The position numbers and the translations under genes are program-made. Below are positions 1 through 8,247 of a stretch of 28,376 nucleotides of DNA, piece by piece. Below the pieces are notes generated by a model. That model saw only the letters and a list, made by a program, of their open reading frames with translations. It had not been told where the DNA came from and did no database searches. Source of the DNA: Ignavibacteriales bacterium (lineage in GTDB: Bacteria; Bacteroidota; Ignavibacteria; UBA10030; UBA6906); NCBI GenBank assembly GCA_037441705.1, contig JBBIRR010000048.1:1-28376 (forward strand), given 5' to 3'. The stretch's first letter is position 1. The number at the start of each line of letters is the position of its first letter.

Positions 1-55
1 GTCCGTCCGCCGCCGCAACAAATTCGTTGTTGATGAACAGGGTATACTCTCTCAC
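1..55 (-). CDS. 5' fragment of a probable aldehyde dehydrogenase (runs off left edge)
   Basis: Not in ORF track. GTG at 55-53 on the minus strand, AAGGAA RBS-like sequence about 8 nt upstream, translates MREYTLFINNEFVAAADG, matching the typical ALDH N-terminus (Y-x-LFIxGEFV). Only 18 codons visible. Confidence 0.55.
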   Translation of the reverse strand, partial: MREYTLFINNEFVAAADG

Positions 56-242
56 CCGTGCCGTTCCTTTGCGCTGCTGTTGTGAGTGATGGGATAAAGA
101 CGTGCTGTGCCAAGATAGAAAAAAGGGGGGTTATCCTCAACGGCTTACCTTGGATTTCAAGACTCAAATTCATACCTTTTTGCCGCGTTTCTTCAGGTCA
201 ACGTTGTGTCAAACCGATAACGCCCTCTTTTTCTCGCACCCA

Positions 243-2672
243 ATGAAATTTGTACGATGCCTTCCGCTCGTTCTCTTACCGGTTATTCTGCCCGCCGGTG
301 CTCATGCCGGAGATAGCCCGCGTGAGATTCGTGCAGTGCGTGTCTCACGGCCGCCCGAGATGGACGGCTTCCTGAACGATGAGCAATGGACGCTCGCACA
401 CCCGACATCGGATTTCATCCAGCGCGATCCCGACGAAGGACAGCCCGCCTCTGAACGAACGGAGGTTCGTGTACTGTACGATGATGAGGCACTCTACATC
501 GGCGCAATGATGCACGACCGGCAGCCCGAGCAGATCGTCGCACGGCTGATACGGCGTGACAACATAGTCGAGTCCGACCGCTTTGCCGTGTTCATCGACT
601 CGTTTCACGATCATCAAACCTGTTATCGGTTTGGGATAAACGCCGCGGGCGTCAAAGTGGACGTCCTGCATTACGATGATGGGAACAAAGAAGATCAGTC
701 GTGGGACGCCGTCTGGGATGTCGAGACGCAGATCCTCCCGACGGGATGGTCGGTGGAGATGCGGCTTCCGCTGCGGATCTTCCGCTATCGTTCCGATGCA
801 GCGGAGCAGACCTGGGGCATCAACTTTACGCGGCTTATCACGCGGCGCGGCGAGCGAGCAGATTGGGTGTATGTTCCTAAACGCGAAAGTGGATTTGTCT
901 CGCGCTTCGGTCACCTCGTCGGTCTCAGCAATCTGCCCGCGCCGCGGCGTCTCGAGATGCTGCCCTTCGTGGTCAGCAAACAGGATTGGCAGCCGGAACG
1001 CTCCGCTCAGCGCTCGGTGCGCACGTTCTCGGTTGATGCGGGGCTTGATGTGAAGTACAGTCTTTCCAACAACTTCTTGCTCGATGCGACCTTCAATCCC
1101 GACTTCGGTCAGGTGGAAGCCGATCCGTCCGTGCTGAATCTGACGACGTTCGAGACGTTCTATCCCGAAAAGCGGCCCTTCTTCATCGAAGGAACACAGA
1201 TCATTCGCTTTACGACCTTTGGCGATGACTTCGGACCGGGAATGTTTTATTCGCGTCGCGTCGGTCGGGCGCTCTCTCAATCCGACGTGACCGTGCCGCC
1301 AGGTGGTGCCATTGTGCATCTGCCGCATGTGACGACGATTCTCGGCGCGGCCAAACTCACCGGCAAAACTAACGCGGGCCTTTCAGTCGGAATTCTCCAG
1401 GCCCTGACGCAGGAGATGCGTGCCCGTGTTGCGGATTCGACGGGCAGGACGCTCGAGCAGGTCGTTGAGCCGCTTGCCCACTACAGCGTTGTGCGGCTGC
1501 GGCAGGATGTGTTGGATAATTCCGTCGTCGGCATGATCCTGACATCAACCTCCAAACAGCATCGGCTTCCCGGCATCACCGGCGGGGTGGACTGGAACGT
1601 AAAGTTCGACGCCAATACGTATCAACTTGATGGCTTCGCGGCGCTTTCGTACACGAAGAATTTCTACACGCAGCGCGGACTCGGCTCGGCCGGCAAGGCG
1701 GCATTGTCCCGCATCGCTGCCGAGCATTGGCTCTGGAATGTGAGCCTCGACTTCACCTCAAAAGAATATAACATCAACGATGTCGGGTTCTTCCGCCGCC
1801 CGAACGACTACGGCTTCGTTGGATCGCTCACCTACAAGGAAGACAAACCCGCTGAAGTCGTCCGCAACTACAACGTGCGTCTGTTCGTGCACGAGCGGCG
1901 CAACTTCGACCGGGTCAATCTCATTCGCGAAGCGAACATCAGCTCCAGCATCCTCTTCATGAATTATTTTGAGCTGAACGTCAACGGTGGCGTGGATGTG
2001 GGAAAGTATGATGACCGTGAAACGCGCGGCAACGGATTGTATGCACGACCGACTGCCTACGATGCCAACATCGGTTTCGAGACGGATGAACGGAAGGACG
2101 TTCGCGTCGGCCTGAGCATCCATACCGGGTGGGATTCGAAGCGGAAGTTTGAGTGGGGGCCGATTGCCGCGGTTGCGGTGAGGCCCGTTTCATGGATGGA
2201 CTACAGCGTGAGCGCCGGGTATAGCGCCGTGCGAAATCAGGAAGCATGGGTAACAAACGAATTGCTTCCCGGCGGGCGCATCAGCGTCTTTGCCGACCGC
2301 AGCACGGACGAAATCAACTTCACGTTGCGCAGCACGCTCACATTCACGCGTGACCTGACGCTGCAGTTTTACGGACAGATTTTTCTCGCCAAAGGACACT
2401 TCGAAAATCCACGCCGTCTCATCGGCACATCCGACTTTGCCCCGTATCCACTCACCTCATCTCACGACTTCAATGCCCAGGCACTGAACACGAACCTCGT
2501 GTTGCGCTGGGAGTATGTTCCCGGCAGCACGCTGTTCCTCGTTTGGTCGCACGCACGCGAAGGTGGATCGAGCAACTATTTCCGCTCCTTCAACGATAAC
2601 CTTGCGGACACCTTCCGCATTCCGCCCGCCAACGTCTTGCTGCTGAAGGTGAGTTATTGGTGGAATGGGTAG
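243..2672 (+). CDS. CBM9-like sugar-binding + DUF5916 domain outer-membrane protein
   Basis: Likely start ATG 243 (MKFVRCLPLVLL..AHA signal peptide). N-terminal CBM9-like motifs (TEVRVLYDDEALY, WDAVW, WGINF), DUF5916 motifs (NPDFGQVEAD, FYPEKRPFF, FYSRRVG), C-terminal barrel strand LLKVSYWW. Confidence 0.85.
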   Translation: MKFVRCLPLVLLPVILPAGAHAGDSPREIRAVRVSRPPEMDGFLNDEQWTLAHPTSDFIQRDPDEGQPASERTEVRVLYDDEALYIGAMMHDRQPEQIVARLIRRDNIVESDRFAVFIDSFHDHQTCYRFGINAAGVKVDVLHYDDGNKEDQSWDAVWDVETQILPTGWSVEMRLPLRIFRYRSDAAEQTWGINFTRLITRRGERADWVYVPKRESGFVSRFGHLVGLSNLPAPRRLEMLPFVVSKQDWQPERSAQRSVRTFSVDAGLDVKYSLSNNFLLDATFNPDFGQVEADPSVLNLTTFETFYPEKRPFFIEGTQIIRFTTFGDDFGPGMFYSRRVGRALSQSDVTVPPGGAIVHLPHVTTILGAAKLTGKTNAGLSVGILQALTQEMRARVADSTGRTLEQVVEPLAHYSVVRLRQDVLDNSVVGMILTSTSKQHRLPGITGGVDWNVKFDANTYQLDGFAALSYTKNFYTQRGLGSAGKAALSRIAAEHWLWNVSLDFTSKEYNINDVGFFRRPNDYGFVGSLTYKEDKPAEVVRNYNVRLFVHERRNFDRVNLIREANISSSILFMNYFELNVNGGVDVGKYDDRETRGNGLYARPTAYDANIGFETDERKDVRVGLSIHTGWDSKRKFEWGPIAAVAVRPVSWMDYSVSAGYSAVRNQEAWVTNELLPGGRISVFADRSTDEINFTLRSTLTFTRDLTLQFYGQIFLAKGHFENPRRLIGTSDFAPYPLTSSHDFNAQALNTNLVLRWEYVPGSTLFLVWSHAREGGSSNYFRSFNDNLADTFRIPPANVLLLKVSYWWNG

Positions 2673-2756
2673 CCAGCATTCCCCGCGTCTCCGCCCGCCC
2701 GCCCTTCCATCACGGCGCTGTGTGTAAGACGCGTAAGCCGTGACGTCCGATCGCTC

Positions 2757-2810
2757 CGTCACCCTGAGCGCAGTCCCGCCGCTTTTCCGGCGGGACGGAG
2801 TCGAAGGGTG
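2757..2810 (+). repeat. CGTC-type REP-like element copy 1 (54 bp, internal GTCCCGCC/GGCGGGAC hairpin)
   Basis: CGTCACCCTGAGCGCAGTCCCGCCGCTTTTCCGGCGGGACGGAGTCGAAGGGTG; near-identical copies at 3115-3168 and, reverse-complemented, 28201-28254. Confidence 0.9.
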
Positions 2811-2992
2811 TTCTGCGCAAATCTGTTGATGTGAAGAACGATGAATGATAGCGTTGCCGATGCGCGGTGTCTGCATGCCCACTTCGTTCGCGGCAGTCCC
2901 GTCACTTGTTGTTACTTCTCTTTGGAAGAGAAGTAACCAAGAGAACATCCAAAATCGTAACGCACGATTCAATCGCCGCCCGCGTGCCGTAC

Positions 2993-3168
2993 GTTTCGGT
3001 GGGAGAGCGTGTAGCTGTCCGAACGCAATGTGCACGTTCACCGAAACGTAACCCCTTCGATTGAATCTTACCATCGCACACGGCCAACGATTTTGGCGGG
3101 CGCGGGTTCTGCCTCGTCACCCTGAGCGCAGTCCCGCCGCTTTTCAGGCGGGACGGAGTCGAAGGGTG
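2993..3168 (+). repeat. 176-bp repeat (segment B + REP copy 2), inverted copy at 28201-28376
   Basis: Ungapped manual alignment to the reverse complement of 28201-28376 gives 14 mismatches in 176 bp. Confidence 0.92.
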
Positions 3169-3203
3169 GATGCTTCGCGCTTGGAAACAGCGCTCAGCAT
3201 GAC
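3168..3203 (-). repeat. Second CGTC-like REP variant (GTCATGCTGAGCG...CGAAGCATCC), inverted partner of REP copy 2
   Basis: Reverse complement GTCATGCTGAGCGCTGTTTCCAAGCGCGAAGCATCC matches 28021-28057. Confidence 0.85.
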
Positions 3204-3269
3204 AGTGTTGGCCAGTGCAATCTCCACCCGTCGTGTAGCGACGAGTAGCACGAGTGTTGATTTGAGCAT

Positions 3270-3459
3270 CCGCTCCGTAGGAGCGGTACTGTCTGGAGAA
3301 CTCAACGGCAAAGACATCTCTCAAGCCCCATCGGGGCGACCTGATCATGTTCCGATCCGCGAATCCTGAATCTGCCTGCCGAACCCCGAACCGAATCCCG
3401 TGGTGGGCTAAAGCCCGAGTGTTTTTGTCTCTTGGTGGTCCACGAGCTACAGCTCGTGG
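3270..3459. repeat. Cluster of short REP-like palindromes
   Basis: Hairpins CCGCTCC-GTA-GGAGCGG (3270-3286), GCCCC-ATC-GGGGC (3325-3337), GGGCT-AA-AGCCC (3405-3416), CCACGAGCT-AC-AGCTCGTGG (3440-3459). Confidence 0.6.
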
Positions 3460-3518
3460 CTAAGAGGTGTGGGCTTGTACTCGTTTCGCCATTCTGAAGA
3501 ATCCAGAACGCGAATGGA

Positions 3519-3553
3519 CTTGAACCTTGAAGCTTGAACCTCGAACCTCAAAC
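3519..3553. repeat. Heptamer tandem repeat (CTTGAAC-like x5)
   Basis: cttgaac cttgaag cttgaac ctcgaac ctcaaac; reverse-complement-like array at 27933-28002. Confidence 0.85.
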
Positions 3554-3613
3554 CGTGTGTCTCATCCTGGGCCAGGGTCGCGGTGCGGTGGGTTGGGCCG
3601 TTCATTGTCCGAT

Positions 3614-4756
3614 CTATCCTTTGAACAAATCCTCTTGTGCTGAGGGAAGCTCGAGCTGCTGCACGGGCTGCAGTGCGGTGCCGATGATGCCATGCACGTC
3701 GCCGTAAAGACCCGCGAGACTTTTCAGGCTGCGCTGGAGCTGTGCTTCGCGCTTCGCCCACAGTTTCTCGATCGCTCGTCGTTCGGCATCAAGGTCTTCT
3801 TTCATGGCAAGGTATGACTCGAGAAGCGCTTCGATACGCTGACGGAATTCCTGTCCCGCGAGATAATTATACACCAACTCCATCTTCTCGCCTTTGCCCG
3901 CGACGGATGCGCGCGTCCGCGCCACTTCGACGAGGCCGCTGCGCAGCGCGAGTGCAAGTCCCTCCACTGCAGCGAAGTCCGTGACCCACACACCATCCAT
4001 GTTGCCGACATGCTTGATCTCTTTCGGCAGTGCTGTGGAGACGATCACCGCAACGTTGGCCTTCACGTCCCGCTGATCGTCTTTCAATTTCTGAATCCAG
4101 CCGTCGCTCCAGTTCTTCGTGCGCTTCGATTCCCAGAGGATCGTTCCGCAGAAGTTGCCGAGCGGGGTTTTCACGTGCTGGATCACATCGGCGCCGCGGA
4201 CGCCTTTGGGCACGGGAAGGATTTCATCCGTGCGGAATGTTGCACGCAGAAGATTCTCCAACTCTACCTCCAACGTTTCGCCTTGTGCCTGCTGCGAGCC
4301 TTGCTCGGCACGACGCCTCAGTTCTTCGATTTGCTTCAGCATGTCGCTGATCTGGCGATCTTTCTCCGCGTCTTTCAGGCGATGCTCTTCGGCAAGTTTC
4401 GCTGCGGCATCGTTCCAGATGCGCGTTCGTTCTTCGACGAGTTTCCGTTCGAGTTCGAGCTGAAGCTGTCGCTCCCGATCCTCCAGCTCGCGCTGACGTT
4501 TGCGCAATTGCAACTCCTGTTCCTGAGCCTCGTGCAGCTTGCGTTCCTTCTCCTGGTTCTGCATGCGCAGGTCTCTCAACTCCAGAGCTAACCGTTCCTC
4601 GGTTTCCCTGCGGACTTTTTGTTCCAGCTCGGCCTTCTGTGCATAGAAGCGTTTGTTGAACTCCGTCCGCAGCTTTTCTTCCACCTGATGGGTGAAGGCC
4701 TCCGTCAACTCGATGGCGTGCCCGCAGTTGGGACACGTGATGGTTGGTGTCGTCAT
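3614..4756 (-). CDS. DUF2130 domain protein (N-terminal CxxC, long coiled coil, C-terminal PD-(D/E)xK-like region)
   Basis: ITCPNCG N-terminus, E/K/R/Q-rich coiled coil, family motifs QGSQQAQGETLE, VPKGVRGADVIQ, GTILWESKRTKNWSDGWIQKLKDDQR. Confidence 0.85.
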   Translation of the reverse strand: MTTPTITCPNCGHAIELTEAFTHQVEEKLRTEFNKRFYAQKAELEQKVRRETEERLALELRDLRMQNQEKERKLHEAQEQELQLRKRQRELEDRERQLQLELERKLVEERTRIWNDAAAKLAEEHRLKDAEKDRQISDMLKQIEELRRRAEQGSQQAQGETLEVELENLLRATFRTDEILPVPKGVRGADVIQHVKTPLGNFCGTILWESKRTKNWSDGWIQKLKDDQRDVKANVAVIVSTALPKEIKHVGNMDGVWVTDFAAVEGLALALRSGLVEVARTRASVAGKGEKMELVYNYLAGQEFRQRIEALLESYLAMKEDLDAERRAIEKLWAKREAQLQRSLKSLAGLYGDVHGIIGTALQPVQQLELPSAQEDLFKG

Positions 4757-5386
4757 CTAAAAGTTCTCGTCCGTTGCACGTGTGAGATGAAGCGTCATCA
4801 GCGTGTTGCCGTACCCATCTTTGAGCGGCCCGCTTAAAATGTTGCGATCGCTCGAGAGCGTCACTTCAGCACTCCCCGATGCGCCGCTGATGTTGGTGAA
4901 ATCAATGAATGCTTTGCTGCCGATGACCGTGCCCTGGCCGCCTGCCGTCAGGATTTGCGAGCCGAAGAGGAACGAGTACTCCTGGATGGAGATGTTCACG
5001 CCGCTCTGGTTGATAGCCCAGTAAGCGCCGTTGTCGAAGTACCAGGTGCCGGCCATTTGCGCGATGTTCTGGAAAGGCTCCTCCGATGAGCCGGATGAAG
5101 CGGAGGATTCGTTCTGTTGTGCCAGGCGTTGTTCCATCTCGCGCAGCCTTGCTTCCAGTTCCATCTGTCGCAGCTTTACTTCCGCGTCGCTCAGGTTTTG
5201 AACCTCGTTCTGGTCGGCGGTGCCGGTGACGACTTTCTTCTCATCGGGTTTCGGATCGTGCTTCGAGCCGAACACGCCGATTTGATTCAGCACGACAAGG
5301 AACCCTCCGATGGCCGTAATCAGCGTCGCAATGGCGGTGATGATGCCGGGGATGGTGCTCCAGAAGGATTTAGGTTCTTCGGGCAT
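4757..5386 (-). CDS. Hypothetical single-pass membrane protein (TM + short coiled coil + small beta-rich domain)
   Basis: Start ATG 5386 with AGGAGG at 5398-5393; SFWSTIPGIITAIATLITAIGGFLVVL TM helix; stop TAG directly abuts the DUF2130 ATG. The longer ORF-track start overlaps the thiolase gene. Confidence 0.75.
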   Translation of the reverse strand: MPEEPKSFWSTIPGIITAIATLITAIGGFLVVLNQIGVFGSKHDPKPDEKKVVTGTADQNEVQNLSDAEVKLRQMELEARLREMEQRLAQQNESSASSGSSEEPFQNIAQMAGTWYFDNGAYWAINQSGVNISIQEYSFLFGSQILTAGGQGTVIGSKAFIDFTNISGASGSAEVTLSSDRNILSGPLKDGYGNTLMTLHLTRATDENF

Positions 5387-5495
5387 GACAAACCTCCTGT
5401 GAAAGATTTCGTAAAGGTTGGCGCATTCAGCGTCTGCCTTAATTCGCTTGAACGTCACCGCACCGAGTGTTGGGTGTTTGTTGTGGATCGAAATG

Positions 5496-6707
5496 CTACG
5501 CTGAGAATCTCTCCACCACGACTGCCACTCCTTGTCCAACACCGATGCACATGGTCGCGAGTCCATAGCGCGCATTGCGTCGTTGCATCTCGTGCAGCAG
5601 GGTGGTCATGATGCGTGCGCCGCTGCAGCCGAGGGGATGGCCGAGGGCAATCGCTCCGCCGTTGGGATTGAGCTTCCGCAATGGGATATCCAGGTCGCGA
5701 ACCACGGCAATGCTCTGCGCGGCGAATGCCTCGTTCAGTTCAACCACGTCCATGTCGGCGATGGTGAGGCCTGCTTTCCGCAGCGCCATCTGAGTTGCGG
5801 GCACGGGTCCGATGCCCATGAAGCGCGGGTCAACTCCCGCAACCCCTGTCGAGACGATGCGGGCCATCGGTTTCAAGCCCAGCTCGTGCGCCTTCTTCTC
5901 ATTCATGATCACAACGCCCGCGGCCCCATCGTTGAGCGAGGAAGAATTGCCGGCCGTGACGGTTCCATTTTTGCGGAACGCCGGCGGCAGTGCCGCAAGC
6001 TTCTCGAGCGACGTGTCCGCGCGCGGCCCCTCGTCCTGCGCAACGACAACGGGATCGCCTTTCTTCTTCGGCAGTGTTACGGGAATCAACTCGTCATGGA
6101 ACCGACACTTCTGTTGCGCTTCGACCGCCTTCATGTGGCTGGCAAGCGCAAACTCGTCCTGCTCTTGACGTGTGATTTTGTACTTCTCGGCCACGTTCTC
6201 CGCGGTTTCACCCATGGATTCGAGCGGGAACAGTTTTTCCATCAGCGGGTTCGGGTAACGCCAGCCGAGTGCTGTGTCGTAAGCGGTGACATTGCCGAAG
6301 GACCCGGTCTGATTTTTGGGGAGAGAATACGGCGCGCGGCTCATGCTCTCGACGCCGCCTGCGATGATCACCTCCGCATCGCCGCTCCAGATTGCCCGCG
6401 CTGCCTGAATGATCGCATCGAGGCTCGAGCCGCACAGGCGGTTGATGGTCGTTGCCGGCACGCTGGAGGGGAGTCCGGCAAGAAGCGTGCTCATCCGTCC
6501 CACGTTGCGGTTATCCTCGCCCGCCTGATTGGCACATCCCCACATTACATCGGTGATCATCGCGGGATCAATGCGTGTTCTTTCAACGAGTGTCTTGATG
6601 ACGAGCGCGCTCAGGTCGTCGGGACGAACCTCGCGCAGCACGCCGCCGTACTTGCCGATCGGGGTGCGCAATGCCTGAATGATAACCGCGTTCGTCGTGT
6701 GCAGCAT
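5496..6707 (-). CDS. paaJ: 3-oxoadipyl-CoA/3-oxo-5,6-dehydrosuberyl-CoA thiolase (PaaJ/PcaF type)
   Basis: [16 protein letters not shown] (PcaF/PaaJ signature), TINRLCGS catalytic Cys, [29 protein letters not shown]. Start ATG 6707 preferred (track uses 6713). Confidence 0.85.
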   Translation of the reverse strand: MLHTTNAVIIQALRTPIGKYGGVLREVRPDDLSALVIKTLVERTRIDPAMITDVMWGCANQAGEDNRNVGRMSTLLAGLPSSVPATTINRLCGSSLDAIIQAARAIWSGDAEVIIAGGVESMSRAPYSLPKNQTGSFGNVTAYDTALGWRYPNPLMEKLFPLESMGETAENVAEKYKITRQEQDEFALASHMKAVEAQQKCRFHDELIPVTLPKKKGDPVVVAQDEGPRADTSLEKLAALPPAFRKNGTVTAGNSSSLNDGAAGVVIMNEKKAHELGLKPMARIVSTGVAGVDPRFMGIGPVPATQMALRKAGLTIADMDVVELNEAFAAQSIAVVRDLDIPLRKLNPNGGAIALGHPLGCSGARIMTTLLHEMQRRNARYGLATMCIGVGQGVAVVVERFSA

Positions 6708-6764
6708 GATCAACGCTCAATGGATGAGAACGAATAAGGTGGGAGTAATATACAGGTTTGTGTG

Positions 6765-6803
6765 AAGAGAAAACACAAGGGCGACCCGTCTCTCGAGTCG
6801 CCC
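6765..6803 (-). terminator. Intrinsic terminator after the DUF1573 gene
   Basis: Minus strand GGGCGACTCG-AGAGA-CGGGTCGCCC (10-bp stem with one G-U) followed by TTGTGTTTTCTCTT. Confidence 0.65.
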
Positions 6804-6812
6804 CGAAGGGTG

Positions 6813-7505
6813 TTACTGGAACTTGAATTCCCTCACCGCCCCGAAGATTCGCACGAACACATCGGGCTGATTCTTGCTCGATGTCTTGATCGAGACGCCG
6901 TCGCTCAGCACCTGTGTTGCTTTCACCGCCTTCAGCTCGGCGGTAAGATCGATCGCCTCTCCGGGCTTGATCGGTTCCTTCGGAAGCTTGAGCGAAAATC
7001 CCTGCAGGCCGGTTTCGTACGAGGTGAGTGTGATCGGCTCCGTGCTGTTGTTGACGAGTTTGATCGTCGCCCACGTCGGCCGCCCGACTTCGGCATCTTT
7101 GAACCAGAACTGCTGCGGCGTGACGCTGATCTCCTGCACGACGTACCCGGCAAACTGCACGACCAACTGCGGCGCGTTCACCGCGTTGGAGTTGATCGTC
7201 ACCGATTTATGAATCGAGTCGGAGAAGTTTGTGGAATTGAATGTGATTTTGATTTCGCCCGTTTTCCCAGGCGGAATGCTCGTATTGGAAACGACCGTGC
7301 CCGTGCATCCGCACGACGCTTGAATCTGTCCGAGCTGCAGCGTCTCCGTGCCGATGTTCTTGACGGTGACAACGCGTTCGGCAATCTTACCGCGATAAAT
7401 CTTCCCGAAATTGAAGTACGTGCCGCCGACGACTTCGATCTTTGGTTGTGCATGAGCGAGACCGGCGGCGAAGAGGGCTGCGATGACAATTCGACGCTTC
7501 ATCAT
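6813..7505 (-). CDS. DUF1573 domain-containing secreted protein (tandem Ig-like domains)
   Basis: Signal peptide (MKRRIVIAALFAAGLAHA), FNFGKI, KNIGTETL, ASCGCT, IPPGKTGEIKITF; second Ig-like repeat (IKPGEAIDL). Confidence 0.85.
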   Translation of the reverse strand: MMKRRIVIAALFAAGLAHAQPKIEVVGGTYFNFGKIYRGKIAERVVTVKNIGTETLQLGQIQASCGCTGTVVSNTSIPPGKTGEIKITFNSTNFSDSIHKSVTINSNAVNAPQLVVQFAGYVVQEISVTPQQFWFKDAEVGRPTWATIKLVNNSTEPITLTSYETGLQGFSLKLPKEPIKPGEAIDLTAELKAVKATQVLSDGVSIKTSSKNQPDVFVRIFGAVREFKFQ

Positions 7506-7565
7506 ACGTCTCCCGAGATGATGTTCGATTGGTGTAAGGATAAGATAGTGAAAAAGGGTTGAGTG

Positions 7566-8240
7566 TCAACCATCCAGCCGGACGCGCTGCGCCTCTCGCA
7601 TGAGCAGCGGTGCGCAGCGATAGCGATCCTCGCCGAAGTACGCGTGAAGCGCGTGCAACACGGCAACCACATGCGGCAGGCCGATCTTCCGCGCCCACTC
7701 GACGGGGCCGCGGGGATAGTTCGTACCGAGCTTCATGGCCGTGTCGATCGCCGCATCGTCGGCAACACCTTCCATCATTGCAAAGTACGCCTCGTTGATG
7801 AGCATGCAGAGAATCCGCGGCATCACCATGCCAACGGTGTCCTCGACAAACACGGCAGACTTGCCGAGCGCGGAGGAGAACTCCTCCACAGCAGCACGCA
7901 CGGGCGTCTGGTCCGGAGCGACAAATTCCAGCAGCGATCCGGACAGCAGCGTTGGGAAGGCCCCGATACCGACAAGTCGCGCCGAATGCGTGAGCCAGGT
8001 TGCCTGCTCGGAACGTGAGACCGTCACTGACGAAGAAATGATCGGAACGGAGGGCGGCAGCACGCCGTCGAGATGGACGAGGTTGCTTCGCTTGTTTTCG
8101 GATGAAAGGTTGGTCAGCTCGAGAGCAAGTTCAGCCTGCACGCCGCTTTCCAGATGGAAGCCGCGTTCCACACAGAGAGCAGAATATTCCTCGACGAGCG
8201 GTGGATCTCCCACGATCATGATGCGCGTTGGCGAAGTCAT
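7566..8240 (-). CDS. 3-hydroxyacyl-CoA dehydrogenase family protein (degenerate NAD domain + 3HCDH C-terminal domain; PaaH second half)
   Basis: PRILCMLINEAYF, IDTAMKLGTNYPRGP, GEDRYR motifs; no GxGxxG. Confidence 0.8.
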   Translation of the reverse strand: MTSPTRIMIVGDPPLVEEYSALCVERGFHLESGVQAELALELTNLSSENKRSNLVHLDGVLPPSVPIISSSVTVSRSEQATWLTHSARLVGIGAFPTLLSGSLLEFVAPDQTPVRAAVEEFSSALGKSAVFVEDTVGMVMPRILCMLINEAYFAMMEGVADDAAIDTAMKLGTNYPRGPVEWARKIGLPHVVAVLHALHAYFGEDRYRCAPLLMREAQRVRLDG

Positions 8241-8247
8241 GAAAGGC

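Noticed and set aside
102-242. N-terminal extension of the DUF5916 ORF
   Set aside because: The signal peptide begins at ATG 243; the upstream stretch is the divergent promoter region.
2757-3168. CRISPR array from the two 54-bp direct repeats
   Set aside because: Only two direct copies, 304-bp spacer, third copy inverted 25 kb away, no cas genes; hairpin architecture fits REP elements.
2457-3761. Short ORFs across the repeat region (2457-3074, 2845-3051, 2902-3348, 3061-3369, 3447-3761)
   Set aside because: Translations of repeat DNA with no recognisable motifs; I looked for GIY-YIG or RAYT remnants and saw none.
5532-6737. 401-aa plus-strand ORF
   Set aside because: Antisense shadow of the thiolase in GC-rich DNA; the same applies to 345-1328, 7735-8586, 23141-23980 and 24628-25962.
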